Shown here: in pieces, positions 42,315-51,165 of the stretch | Position numbering within the stretch: the stretch's first letter is position 1 | Layout of the letters: the number at the start of each line of letters is the position of its first letter | Assembly: GCA_043812655.1 (NCBI GenBank) | Contig: JBDRLW010000003.1 | Coordinates: 1 to 64,000, forward strand | Origin: a bacterium | GTDB lineage: Bacteria; Margulisbacteria; WOR-1; O2-12-FULL-45-9; XYB2-FULL-48-7 | DNA length: 64,000 bases | Reading direction: 5' to 3' | Notes under the pieces: generated by a model | What the model saw: only the letters and a program-made list of their open reading frames with translations | Told to the model about the DNA's origin: nothing | The model's database searches: none | Translations under genes and position numbers: made by a program

Positions 42315-43331
42315 TTATTTACTCCTTAAGTCAGATGGCTTGATCTCTTCATCGCAATTAATATCTTGTAATGCAATTCGGCCGATAAGCTCCATAAACC
42401 TTAAAGGCTCAAGGCCAGTCCCCGGTCGTTTAAATTCAAGATCGCTCCGCTCAATCGCTTTCCCCTTAGGTATCTTTTTTGCAGCAACGATACTTCTACG
42501 CATAATCGAGCGATCAATCATTTCTCCAGGTGCTAACACCTTATTTTTAATATTCATACTTTCCTTCATTTTAACGGCTAAGCCAACGGCCTGCTTCATT
42601 TCCTCCGGCTCAAGACATACGTGCCAATCAGGTCCTTTTTCAGCGCGGGATAAAGCAATATGCTTGGAAACAATATCGGCTCCGGCAGCTACTGCAGCCG
42701 CCGGTCCCCAAATCGCGGAGGTATGGTCAATATATCCGGCCGGGAGAGCATATTGCTCTTTAATCGCCGAAAGATAACCTAAAGAAGTATGTTCAATCTC
42801 AACCCCATGTTCACCGCTTGCCATCGTATGTTGGCCATGCAACAGTGCAAATTCCGCCTTACCTAGGGTTCTTATCCGATTTAAAGCCCATTCAACTTCA
42901 GTCACATTAGCTAATGGTAGACTAAGGAAAAAGGGCAAGCCACTATCACGAACAGCATCGATCATATCTGGGTTGGTCAAATCGGATGCATTAATATTAA
43001 AGCCTGAGCAACCAGCTTTAGCCAACGGCTCTACTAGTTTATGACTTAAAGTCGTTGCAATAAAGCCTAATCCCTTATTTTGCGCAGCTGCAATCAAGTC
43101 CCGATGCTGTTCGTCAGAAAATTCACGCCCCAAATATAGTACATAGCCAGGGTTACTCTTTACATAAAAATCCCCTGCACGGGCTAATTGAAACTCAATC
43201 GCATCTGCTCCGGTCTTAGCAACGACATCGACCATAGCCAAGGCTCTTGTAAAGTCTCCAAGATTTGCCTGACCTTCCTCTATCATAAAAAAAAGCTTAT
43301 CGGCACCTATCTGTTTGTCCCCTATTTGCAT
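42315..43331 (-). CDS. Divergent NeuB-like protein
   Basis: NeuB TIM-barrel plus SAF layout (DHT, KH, GPD, RRSI, KRPG) with altered catalytic motifs. Confidence 0.8.
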   Translation of the reverse strand: MQIGDKQIGADKLFFMIEEGQANLGDFTRALAMVDVVAKTGADAIEFQLARAGDFYVKSNPGYVLYLGREFSDEQHRDLIAAAQNKGLGFIATTLSHKLVEPLAKAGCSGFNINASDLTNPDMIDAVRDSGLPFFLSLPLANVTEVEWALNRIRTLGKAEFALLHGQHTMASGEHGVEIEHTSLGYLSAIKEQYALPAGYIDHTSAIWGPAAAVAAGADIVSKHIALSRAEKGPDWHVCLEPEEMKQAVGLAVKMKESMNIKNKVLAPGEMIDRSIMRRSIVAAKKIPKGKAIERSDLEFKRPGTGLEPLRFMELIGRIALQDINCDEEIKPSDLRSK

Positions 43332-44455
43332 CTAACCACCTTGTTAATTACCTCAATCACCCTAGCAATATCTTTATCGCTCATTTTCGGGAACATCGGG
43401 ATGGAGAGCGCTTTTCCGTAGAAATCTTCCGCCCTGGGGCATAAACCGGAAGTATATCCCAGTTTCTGATAATAAGGTTGAAGATAAACGGGAATATAGT
43501 GGACATTAACGATGATGTCGGCCGCCCGTAATTCGTTAAAAATTCGCTGTCGGTCCTTGACTATTAAAACATACAGATGATAGGCAGATCTTGCCTGCGC
43601 AGACTCATTAATAACGGTGATCCCAGCATTATGACTAAACGCTTCATTGTATATTAAAGCAATCTCTCGACGGCGGTCGACAAATTCATCCAATTTCGCT
43701 AGCTGACTAATCCCTAAAGCGCACTGGAGATCACTCAGCCGGTAATTTAAACCCAACTCATTCATCTCATAGTACCAGACCCCGTCATTTTTTGTTAAGT
43801 ATTTGTCATCCCGTGTTATGCCATGAGACCTGAATAATTTCAATTTCTCGTATAATTCTTCATTATTAGTCAAGACCATCCCCCCCTCACCAGTCGTAAT
43901 GTGCTTTACAGCATGAAAACTCAAGATCGTCATGTCAGAATATTTACATGAGCCGATCTTACTCGCTTTGTATTCCGCCCCCAGTGCGTGCGCTGCGTCT
44001 TCGATCACAATCAAATTATTAGCCCGAGCGATGGCCCAAATCTCTTCGAGATCGCACGGATTTCCCGCAAAGTGGATAGGAATAATGGCTTTTGTTCTGG
44101 CAGTTATTTTCTTCTGTATTTCTTGAGGATCGATATTAATGGCGTCGCCCTGGACATCGGCAAAGACCGGCCGGGCACCGCAATACATAACGCAATTAGC
44201 TGAAGCAACAAACGTTATGGGGGAAGTAATGACCTCGTCACCGGCGGTGATCCCAGCCGCTAAACAAGCAATATGCAAGGCCGAAGTGCCGCTGTTAACC
44301 GCGACCCCATATTTTGCGCCGCAATATTCAGCAACTTTTGATTCGAACTCATTTACCAGGGGTCCCTGTGTGAGATTAGCCGACTTTAAAGCGGCCACGA
44401 CCGCTTCAATATCATCATCGTCAATCCACTGCGTGGCATAGGGTATCTTATCCAA
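43322..44455 (-). CDS. pseC: UDP-4-amino-4,6-dideoxy-N-acetyl-altrosamine transaminase
   Basis: IPY..Q.ID, LTQGP, FHAVKHITTGEGG and VHYIP; adjacent to pseB. Confidence 0.9.
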   Translation of the reverse strand: MDKIPYATQWIDDDDIEAVVAALKSANLTQGPLVNEFESKVAEYCGAKYGVAVNSGTSALHIACLAAGITAGDEVITSPITFVASANCVMYCGARPVFADVQGDAINIDPQEIQKKITARTKAIIPIHFAGNPCDLEEIWAIARANNLIVIEDAAHALGAEYKASKIGSCKYSDMTILSFHAVKHITTGEGGMVLTNNEELYEKLKLFRSHGITRDDKYLTKNDGVWYYEMNELGLNYRLSDLQCALGISQLAKLDEFVDRRREIALIYNEAFSHNAGITVINESAQARSAYHLYVLIVKDRQRIFNELRAADIIVNVHYIPVYLQPYYQKLGYTSGLCPRAEDFYGKALSIPMFPKMSDKDIARVIEVINKVVRCK

Positions 44456-44457
44456 GT

Positions 44458-45444
44458 TTAAGCCCCTATCATTTTATTGAGTTGCGGTATCGTAAGCCAT
44501 TCATTGTTCGTGTCACTACTGTAATAAAAATCCGCCTTGACCTTTTTACCCCGGGGATGATTGTTTGAGTCCCACCAGTTAAAGTCAGGTTCAATCACAA
44601 AACAATCATCAAGCTCTACCGTGTGCCTGGCGTCATCGGCCGAGATCATCACTTCGTGAAGCTTTTCACCCGCCCGGATGCCAATGAAGTTAACTTTACA
44701 ATCAGGAGCGACGGCCTTTTTAAGGTCCATTATGTTCATGCTCGGAATCTTGGGAACAAAAACCTCTCCGCCGTGCATCCTCTCAAAATTCTTCAGTACA
44801 AACCTGACCCCCAGTTCCAGTGTTATCCAAAACCGCGTCATCCGCTTATCGGTTATCGGGATAACCCCTTCTTTCATTTTCTCTCTAAAAAATGGAACCA
44901 CACTCCCCCTGCTGCCTACTACATTCCCATATCTAACAACCGCAAACCTGGTTCCTTGCAATCCCGAATATGAATTAGCGGCGGTAAATAATTTGTCAGA
45001 ACAAAGCTTTGTCGCTCCGTAAAGGTTCACTGGATTACAAGCTTTATCAGTACTTAAGGCTATGACCTTTTTCACTTTGTGCTGCAGTGCCGTTTCGATA
45101 ATGTTCATTGCTCCTAATACATTGGTTTTAATCGCTTCCGAGGGATTGTATTCCATAGAAGGGACGATCTTTAATGCGGCAGCATGAACAACATAATCAA
45201 CCCCCGACATAGCTAAAGAAAGTCGTTCTTTATCCCGCACGTCTCCAATAAAAAATCGAACATTTTTGTCTTTTTCATAACCTTGCTGCATTTCAAATTG
45301 TTTCATCTCATCGCGGCTATAAATAATTAGTTTTTTGGGCTTATATTCTTTCAATACTATTTCTATAAGTTTTTTACCGAACGAACCAGTTCCTCCTGTC
45401 ACCAGTACAACCGCACCATCAAAACAACCTTGCTTTTTATTCAT
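44458..45444 (-). CDS. pseB: UDP-GlcNAc 4,6-dehydratase (inverting)
   Basis: GTGSFG, SRDEMKQ, NLYGATK, RYGNVVGSRGS and MTRFWITL. Confidence 0.93.
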   Translation of the reverse strand: MNKKQGCFDGAVVLVTGGTGSFGKKLIEIVLKEYKPKKLIIYSRDEMKQFEMQQGYEKDKNVRFFIGDVRDKERLSLAMSGVDYVVHAAALKIVPSMEYNPSEAIKTNVLGAMNIIETALQHKVKKVIALSTDKACNPVNLYGATKLCSDKLFTAANSYSGLQGTRFAVVRYGNVVGSRGSVVPFFREKMKEGVIPITDKRMTRFWITLELGVRFVLKNFERMHGGEVFVPKIPSMNIMDLKKAVAPDCKVNFIGIRAGEKLHEVMISADDARHTVELDDCFVIEPDFNWWDSNNHPRGKKVKADFYYSSDTNNEWLTIPQLNKMIGA

Positions 45445-45664
45445 CTAATTTCTCAACCACCTTTTTATATGCTTTTTTTACCTTACTTGGGAGTGTCGGG
45501 TTCAACATTGCCAGTAATTCATGCCCAAGTATCCGATATTGGCCCCCGATCTTACCAGCGCGCAACACCCCCTTCTTTATTAAACGGCGGAAAGTGGAAT
45601 CGGAGATCTTGAGCAGTTTTTGTGCTTCTTCCGAAGTATAAACTTCAGCTTCTTGAAGTATCAT
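45437..45664 (-). CDS. Excisionase-like helix-turn-helix DNA-binding protein
   Basis: YTSEEAQKLLKIS.ST.RRLIK.G.L...KIGGQYRI (HTH_17 pattern); overlaps the pseB start. Confidence 0.85.
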   Translation of the reverse strand: MILQEAEVYTSEEAQKLLKISDSTFRRLIKKGVLRAGKIGGQYRILGHELLAMLNPTLPSKVKKAYKKVVEKLDE

Positions 45665-45670
45665 GTTGCT

Positions 45671-45699
45671 ATTATAAATAGGTATGCAAAACTTGTCAA
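45671..45699 (-). promoter_or_regulatory. Perfect sigma70 promoter for the HTH-pseB operon
   Basis: TTGACA (45699-45694), 17-bp spacer, TATAAT (45676-45671). Confidence 0.85.
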
Positions 45700-45729
45700 G
45701 AGGCTATCAATAGTAGTCAACAGTAGTCA

Positions 45730-46638
45730 CTAATTGGCGGCTATCTTATGCCAATATTCTTGAATAAATAAGAAGAACACGCCAGCAAATAATCCGAGCG
45801 CCACCCCGATCATCACATTCAATTTAGTCCGTGGCCTACTCTTCGACTCTGGTTTTTCAGCTTTATCAACTACGGAAAAAGGTGGGATTTCTTTTGAAGC
45901 CTCAAGCTTGTTAGATTCCTTTTCCCGGCGCAACATAGTGTAAATAGAATTATATATCTCATAATCTCTTTGCAACCCACTTTGCCCCCCACCGAGAGGA
46001 CTCCCTACAGAAGATAGCGGAACTAATTTCAATTTATCTTCAACTACTTTTAAATCCTTCTCCACTCGTGGCAACTCCTGTTCAATATATTTAAGTTTTT
46101 TTTGAGTTTCGGTAAAATTAAGCTCATTCCAATAATACTCTATAGCACTAATAAAACCATCGGCAACATCGGCCGCCAGCTGCGGTTCATTCGCTTCAAC
46201 CTTAAGCTCTAAGATATTCCCATTCATTTTTGGCGGTTTCAGCATCCCTCTAACCGCTAAAACCAGATTTTTCCTTTTAAGTTTTGGGTTATCCCACCCT
46301 TTTATTCTTTTGGTTAGATCAAGATCGTCAAGCACCTTAGCCGCTACTACTTTACTTTTTAAAAGTTCCGTAATGTCTCCCGCTCCTCCTCCTCCTCCTC
46401 CTCCTAAATTGACACCCAGCATGCTAGCCATCCCAGCATATTGCGATAAATTCCCGCCACCGCCCGAGCGGAATAAAAGAGTCGTTTTAGCTTCATAAAC
46501 CAGCGGCTGCCTAAAGCTATAAAATAAAGCCGCAATCGCAACAAATAATGTTACAAGCGCGATCGTTTTCCATTTTTTTAATATTACTTCAAGATATTCC
46601 CGCAAGTCAATTTCGTCGTCGTAAGATTCATTTGTCAT
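45730..46638 (-). CDS. Wzz/GumC-type chain-length determinant
   Basis: DDEIDLREY, two TMs and VVDKA..P..KS.P; contains a (GGA)7 poly-Gly tract at 46384-46404. Confidence 0.85.
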   Translation of the reverse strand: MTNESYDDEIDLREYLEVILKKWKTIALVTLFVAIAALFYSFRQPLVYEAKTTLLFRSGGGGNLSQYAGMASMLGVNLGGGGGGGAGDITELLKSKVVAAKVLDDLDLTKRIKGWDNPKLKRKNLVLAVRGMLKPPKMNGNILELKVEANEPQLAADVADGFISAIEYYWNELNFTETQKKLKYIEQELPRVEKDLKVVEDKLKLVPLSSVGSPLGGGQSGLQRDYEIYNSIYTMLRREKESNKLEASKEIPPFSVVDKAEKPESKSRPRTKLNVMIGVALGLFAGVFFLFIQEYWHKIAAN

Positions 46639-46654
46639 CGTTTAGGCCTCCTTT

Positions 46655-46786
46655 AACTTATGAACTTAGGAACTAAAGAACGAAAAAACTTAGAAACTAA
46701 GGGACTAAAGAACTTAAAGACTTAAAACCAAGGGACTAAAAAACCAAAGAACTTAAAAAACAAAAGAACCTAGGAACTTAAGAACT
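46655..46786 (+). repeat. Degenerate 8-mer tandem array (about 16 units, AACTWARG-like)
   Basis: aacttatg aacttagg aactaaag aacgaaaa aacttaga aactaagg gactaaag ... Confidence 0.9.
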
Positions 46787-47176
46787 GCGAGTCATGCCAT
46801 CCTTGCGAACTCTAGATGTAAAAGCTTTGAGTTGGCGGAAAATGTTTTCCGCTTTACTTAAGTACAATTTATGGTCAGCATCAATAATGTATCCATCGTC
46901 CAATGCCGCGTCCAAACAAGCCACCACTTCACCAACCGAAGTTAAAGCTGTATTGAGAAATCTGCTAAAATCAACATCCGAATATCTTTCCGATCCTTCG
47001 GCAATATTTAGTAGGATTGAGTCCATGGCTCGCCATAATTGTGAAGTTAAACAATATTGTTCTTCTTTAGGGAATTTTTTCTTGCTTAATTGTTTTAATC
47101 CAACCCTAAATTCGCGAGCATCTTTGTATACCGGAAACTCTCTAAATCTAAATACGCTTATTGTTTTTTCGTTCAT
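46778..47176 (-). CDS. Four-helix-bundle protein (23S rRNA-IVP / Avd-like family)
   Basis: F....VY, FPKEEQY.LTSQL.RA..SI..NIAEG, F.RFL..A..S..E and GY. Confidence 0.9.
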   Translation of the reverse strand: MNEKTISVFRFREFPVYKDAREFRVGLKQLSKKKFPKEEQYCLTSQLWRAMDSILLNIAEGSERYSDVDFSRFLNTALTSVGEVVACLDAALDDGYIIDADHKLYLSKAENIFRQLKAFTSRVRKDGMTRSS

Positions 47177-47226
47177 AAGTTCATAAGTTTATCAGTTTAT
47201 AAGTTCTTCAGTCTTTCCGTTCTTCA
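47171..47226 (-). repeat. 8-mer tandem array, inverted relative to 46655-46786
   Basis: gttcataa gttcataa gtttatca gtttataa gttcttca gtctttcc gttcttca. Confidence 0.85.
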
Positions 47227-47860
47227 TGATAAAATCAATTACCCGACCAAACGAATCATCAATGAACCGTTGGTCACGGTAAGTTATTAGTTGCTTTAGC
47301 TCTGGCTGATAAACATCTTTTATGAGTTGGCAACGCTCAAGCAATATTGGCAATTTCCCCTTAAAAACATCTAAATTCGCGATAAGCTTCTCCCTATCTT
47401 CATCTATCACTACTGCCAGGTCAAAAATATCCCGGCTTTTAAACTGTTCCGCCCGATAAAATATTTTTTTGACTATTATCTCCGGCGGGGTTTCAATGTT
47501 GATTTGATAACGTCCAACCTTCATCTTTCCAATTGGCTCCTTGGTCAAATAAGGAGCGGCAATAAAATCAATAAAAACATCACCCTTTAACTTTATTTTG
47601 AGATAATTAGATTGTTCTTCCGCTCCAGCATAATCCTTGTCGCTTTCCACATGATCATTTAAACGTGGCGATAAACACGTTAAATATTGTACGTCGGTCA
47701 AAAAAATGTCTATGTCCTTACTGTAGCGGTGATGATAATAGGACATCAACGCCGTCCCTCCGCCAAACGACCATTTATTGACCGGTATTTGTGCTGATTC
47801 CAGGTAAGCAATAGCTTTCAATAAAATTTTTTCCCACTTTTCAGTTCTATTATTTAGCAT
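47192..47860 (-). CDS. AbiEii/AbiGii-family nucleotidyltransferase toxin
   Basis: FGGGTAL...HRYSKDIDIF, KK and RDIFDL. Confidence 0.85.
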   Translation of the reverse strand: MLNNRTEKWEKILLKAIAYLESAQIPVNKWSFGGGTALMSYYHHRYSKDIDIFLTDVQYLTCLSPRLNDHVESDKDYAGAEEQSNYLKIKLKGDVFIDFIAAPYLTKEPIGKMKVGRYQINIETPPEIIVKKIFYRAEQFKSRDIFDLAVVIDEDREKLIANLDVFKGKLPILLERCQLIKDVYQPELKQLITYRDQRFIDDSFGRVIDFIMKNGKTEELIN

Positions 47861-48128
47861 ACTTGAAATACTCCTCGAACATAAGGTTGCGATAATATTT
47901 TCTCACGTTTTTTTTATAATAATTCAATGTTTGTAGCGCCGTCAACTTATGTTTCTTAATAAAACTCAGGATCGTGCTTAATGGTAATTCCGTAAAAAAA
48001 GCAAAGATATGGGCGTAATACTCGGCTTTCAATAAACCACTTCGAATGAGAGCGGCCGCCGTTTCCTCAGAAATCGGCTTTTTAACTGAAATATTGATAA
48101 TGGAAAACAATGAATTATCTTTTTTCAT
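47850..48128 (-). CDS. Small protein, putative antitoxin partner
   Basis: 92 aa overlapping the toxin start; function inferred from position. Confidence 0.6.
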   Translation of the reverse strand: MKKDNSLFSIINISVKKPISEETAAALIRSGLLKAEYYAHIFAFFTELPLSTILSFIKKHKLTALQTLNYYKKNVRKYYRNLMFEEYFKYAK

Positions 48129-48135
48129 TTTTTCA

Positions 48136-48208
48136 GTTCCTTCGTTCTTTGGTTCTTTAGTCCTTTGGTCTGTTCTTCCTCTTCACCATTCATTATTCAC
48201 GATTCACT
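48136..48208 (-). repeat. Third 8-mer array (48136-48167) plus a 7-mer ATTCACN array (48181-48208)
   Basis: gttccttc gttctttg gttcttta gtcctttg; cttcacc attcatt attcacg attcact. Confidence 0.75.
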
Positions 48209-48219
48209 TAATCCTTACC

Positions 48220-48268
48220 ATGGCTCGACAGGCTCGCCATCCCAGCCATCCCGAGCTCAGTCGAGGGA
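48220..48268. repeat. Intergenic CTCGAC/GCTCG double-hairpin repeat
   Basis: Homologous to the queE insertion at 1191-1238. Confidence 0.9.
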
Positions 48269-48285
48269 CTTACTACTTAATCTTT

Positions 48286-49119
48286 TTACTTCTTAATCAC
48301 GCTATATAACGTCAAGCCAAGCATGATCGTATTAACAAAGCCGGCAAAATCGGAAAAGTAAAAGAAATTCCCTGGGACATTAATCACATCGCCCCCTAGT
48401 ATTTCCACATCATTTTTCGAGTCCCCATCATAAATGATCCTTGAGGCATTGATATATTTTTTATCAGGTTTTCCGTTTGCCTGCCTGGCAATTGTCACCG
48501 AGCCTAAAAGAGCCTTGGGGCTTGGCCCGCCGGCAAAGCTGATATAGTCAGACAACTTTTTACCTGGCAAATATTCAAACCGTCCAACCTTGTTCACTTC
48601 CCCATAAACGGAAACGTATTTTTTTTCGCCCATAAAAACCGGTTGGGCGCTATCCCCTGTCGCGTAGATATTAACCATTCTCGGTTGGATCAGCCGAAAC
48701 GAAAAAACATATTTTTCCTTGTACCCGCTTTTTATTTTTTTATCGATCGCTTTTTTGGCTTCAACAATAGAAAGTCCAAGCAGGTTGATCGCCCCAACTT
48801 TTGGGAAATAAATTGTCCCTCCCGGTTCAATCGTAAATATCTGATCGAGAGACATTTCATCTTCTCCAATGATCAGATTAGCAGAAACTATATCGCCAGG
48901 GCCAAGCTTATAGGTATTAACATCGATCGCGTCACCAACATAATCAGAAGTTACTGGCAAGCTAGAAGCTGGATTAGCCGCCGCATAAGCCCTTTTAACA
49001 TCAGGAATTTGAAACCCCGAGTTTTTTAGATCATCCAAATTAACAGCAAAAATCGGAGAGCTCAATAAAATTATATTAATAACAAGAAAACTAGCTATAT
49101 GCTTGATGATCTTTTTCAT
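48286..49119 (-). CDS. Polysaccharide export protein with SLBB domain (Wza/KpsD-like)
   Basis: Signal peptide, YKLGPGD, VYGEV..G, AGG and GDVINVP. Confidence 0.82.
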   Translation of the reverse strand: MKKIIKHIASFLVINIILLSSPIFAVNLDDLKNSGFQIPDVKRAYAAANPASSLPVTSDYVGDAIDVNTYKLGPGDIVSANLIIGEDEMSLDQIFTIEPGGTIYFPKVGAINLLGLSIVEAKKAIDKKIKSGYKEKYVFSFRLIQPRMVNIYATGDSAQPVFMGEKKYVSVYGEVNKVGRFEYLPGKKLSDYISFAGGPSPKALLGSVTIARQANGKPDKKYINASRIIYDGDSKNDVEILGGDVINVPGNFFYFSDFAGFVNTIMLGLTLYSVIKK

Positions 49120-49140
49120 AATCTCCCCCCCCCATTGATT

Positions 49141-49154
49141 TTATTTTACCAGAT
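49141..49154. repeat. 14-bp direct repeat (copy 1) bounding the TA pair
   Basis: TTATTTTACCAGAT, identical to 50057-50070. Confidence 0.75.
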
Positions 49155-49167
49155 ATTAGGCACATAT

Positions 49168-49812
49168 TTAGCCTGCCTCCTTGATCTTGTTGCGGAAAAA
49201 AGCGGCAATAGTCTTTGGTGCAGCCGGCTGTTCGCTTAGGTAACGAAGCTTTTCATCGACAACAATATCACCAGTAAATGCCAACTGCTCCAGGAACATC
49301 CGCTCGCTAAAGACCTCTCCATATTTCTTTTTGGCTATATCAGTTATTTGATCAAGCGCGAGAAAATTATTTTTTACCATGACATAAAGATCAAAATAAT
49401 CACGGTAATTACCGCGTCGGCCCAAAGCATATGCCTTGGTCGCCGCGATATCCTTGATCGATAATAACGGTAAATTTCCTGTTGTTTTCACCAATGGAAA
49501 AAGCGGTCGCCAATAATAATTCAAGAGCGTAATTTTAATATTGCCATCTAGAACTATTGTCAACTCATCAGCCGTATCGACTAGAGTGGTAAGATGATAT
49601 TGGCGCAGTCCGCCCAGAAGTTTTCTTTTAACGGCAAAGGTAATATCCTTATCACGAAAAAGGTCGAAATCGAGTGACTCACGATGTCCTATCTGCAAAG
49701 CTAAAGCCGTACCACCGGCTAGATAATAATCATGGCCTAATACTTTATTGAGCCTGGAAAAAACTGTCTTTCTTTCCGGATCAAGTATTTTCCAAAATAA
49801 TTTTTTATTCAT
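49168..49812 (-). CDS. AbiEii/AbiGii-family nucleotidyltransferase toxin
   Basis: YLAGGTALALQIGHRESLDFDLF, K..A..RR and RDYFDLY. Confidence 0.88.
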   Translation of the reverse strand: MNKKLFWKILDPERKTVFSRLNKVLGHDYYLAGGTALALQIGHRESLDFDLFRDKDITFAVKRKLLGGLRQYHLTTLVDTADELTIVLDGNIKITLLNYYWRPLFPLVKTTGNLPLLSIKDIAATKAYALGRRGNYRDYFDLYVMVKNNFLALDQITDIAKKKYGEVFSERMFLEQLAFTGDIVVDEKLRYLSEQPAAPKTIAAFFRNKIKEAG

Positions 49813-49815
49813 TAT

Positions 49816-50052
49816 TTATGCAAACAAAGCCTTAGCGAAAGGCAAGATACTTTTTCGGCTGAATTGCCTGCCATGTTTTTTGGCAAAATTATAGACCGAT
49901 TTCCTTCCCAATTTCTTTGCCAAATAACGCAAATGTTCCATCCTTCCTTTTTCCAAAGCCTGGAAGAGGATCGTATCCCTGTCCTTTTCCAGGGACATTT
50001 TATCAAAATCAGCAAACCATAAAATTGACTTGAAATATAACGGCAGTCTCAT
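49816..50052 (-). CDS. Putative antitoxin (DUF6922-like)
   Basis: 78 aa with LW..D...D...I....LE.G pattern, directly upstream of AbiEii. Confidence 0.7.
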   Translation of the reverse strand: MRLPLYFKSILWFADFDKMSLEKDRDTILFQALEKGRMEHLRYLAKKLGRKSVYNFAKKHGRQFSRKSILPFAKALFA

Positions 50053-50056
50053 GATA

Positions 50057-50070
50057 TTATTTTACCAGAT
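50057..50070. repeat. 14-bp direct repeat (copy 2), the lhgO 3' end
   Basis: TTATTTTACCAGAT, identical to 49141-49154. Confidence 0.75.
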
Positions 50071-51163
50071 TTTCAAGATACTTTCCAATCGCCAAACAAC
50101 TTGTCAACCCGGGACTCTCTATCCCAATCAAATTAATAAACCTTGGACAACCATTTTCTTTCTCTTCCTTGATCACAAAATCCCTAAACCCATCGTTTGG
50201 ACCTTGAAGTTTTGGCCGCATTCCCGCTGTATCTGGCGCCAGCATCGCTTCATCGACCCAAGGCAAATAGGTTTTAACCGCTTGATAAAAATCTTTCCTT
50301 TTAGCTGGATCTACATCATAATAAATTTTTTCGACATATTCAGTATCCGGCCCCAGTCTAATGTACCCATCAAGATCAAGAGTAGCATGCACTCCAAGCC
50401 CATGTCCCTGTTCATGCGGCACCGGATAAACCAGATGGTTTAATTTCCCTTTAGACCCAGTTACCCCGAAATAATCACCTTTACAATAATAGAGCCTGTA
50501 ACCAAGCTTATCAATATCAAACCCGGCTAACTGCGCCATTTTATCGGCGTTTAAACCAGCACAGTTGATCACCCATTCACTCTGAATACTTTCCCCATTC
50601 TGATCAGTTAAAACATACCCATCCCCTTGTTTCTTTATCTCTTTTGTCTCGCTTCCAAACGCGAACATAACCCCGTTCTTCTCGGCTTTTTTATTTAAGC
50701 AATCCATTAAACCATGAGAATCAATGATCCCCGTCGAACCGGAAAAAATACCGTTCAACGCAAAAACATTTGGTTCGAGAGCCAAAACATCTTCTTTTGT
50801 CAATAATCTTAGATCAGGGACCCCAACCGAAACAGCATTATTATAAATTGATTCTATTTTTTTGGCTTCAGCTTCGTTGGTTGAAATAATTATCTTGCCG
50901 CATTTTTTATGCTTCACACCATTTTCCGCACAAAACTGATATAAAAGTTTGTTACCTTGAAGACATAAAAGACTTTTCAATGAGTCTTTAGGATAATAAA
51001 TCCCAGCGTGGATAACTTCACTATTGCGGCTGCTAGTCTCTTGGCCAAAGCTATCATGCATCTCAAAAACTACGATATCGCCATCAATTTTTTGTGATAA
51101 GGCTTCGGCGATCGCAAGTCCAATAACGCCGGCTCCAATTATTGATACTTTGACATTGTCCAT
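50057..51163 (-). CDS. lhgO: FAD-dependent oxidoreductase (L-2-hydroxyglutarate oxidase-like)
   Basis: GAGVIG, TSSRNSEVIHAGIYY, KGDYF, LGVH and GIESPGLTS. Confidence 0.85.
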   Translation of the reverse strand: MDNVKVSIIGAGVIGLAIAEALSQKIDGDIVVFEMHDSFGQETSSRNSEVIHAGIYYPKDSLKSLLCLQGNKLLYQFCAENGVKHKKCGKIIISTNEAEAKKIESIYNNAVSVGVPDLRLLTKEDVLALEPNVFALNGIFSGSTGIIDSHGLMDCLNKKAEKNGVMFAFGSETKEIKKQGDGYVLTDQNGESIQSEWVINCAGLNADKMAQLAGFDIDKLGYRLYYCKGDYFGVTGSKGKLNHLVYPVPHEQGHGLGVHATLDLDGYIRLGPDTEYVEKIYYDVDPAKRKDFYQAVKTYLPWVDEAMLAPDTAGMRPKLQGPNDGFRDFVIKEEKENGCPRFINLIGIESPGLTSCLAIGKYLENLVK

Positions 51164-51165
51164 AT

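Noticed and set aside
46384..46404. (GGA)7 tract as a phase-variation switch
   Set aside because: Triplet slippage keeps the frame, and Gly-rich linkers are normal in this family
46655..46786. Possible CRISPR array
   Set aside because: Contiguous degenerate 8-mers with no spacers and no cas genes
46778..47176. Diversity-generating retroelement
   Set aside because: Avd-like gene only; no reverse transcriptase or TR/VR pair seen in the window
49812..50015. 67-aa alternate-frame ORF
   Set aside because: Overlaps the better-supported antitoxin at 49816-50052
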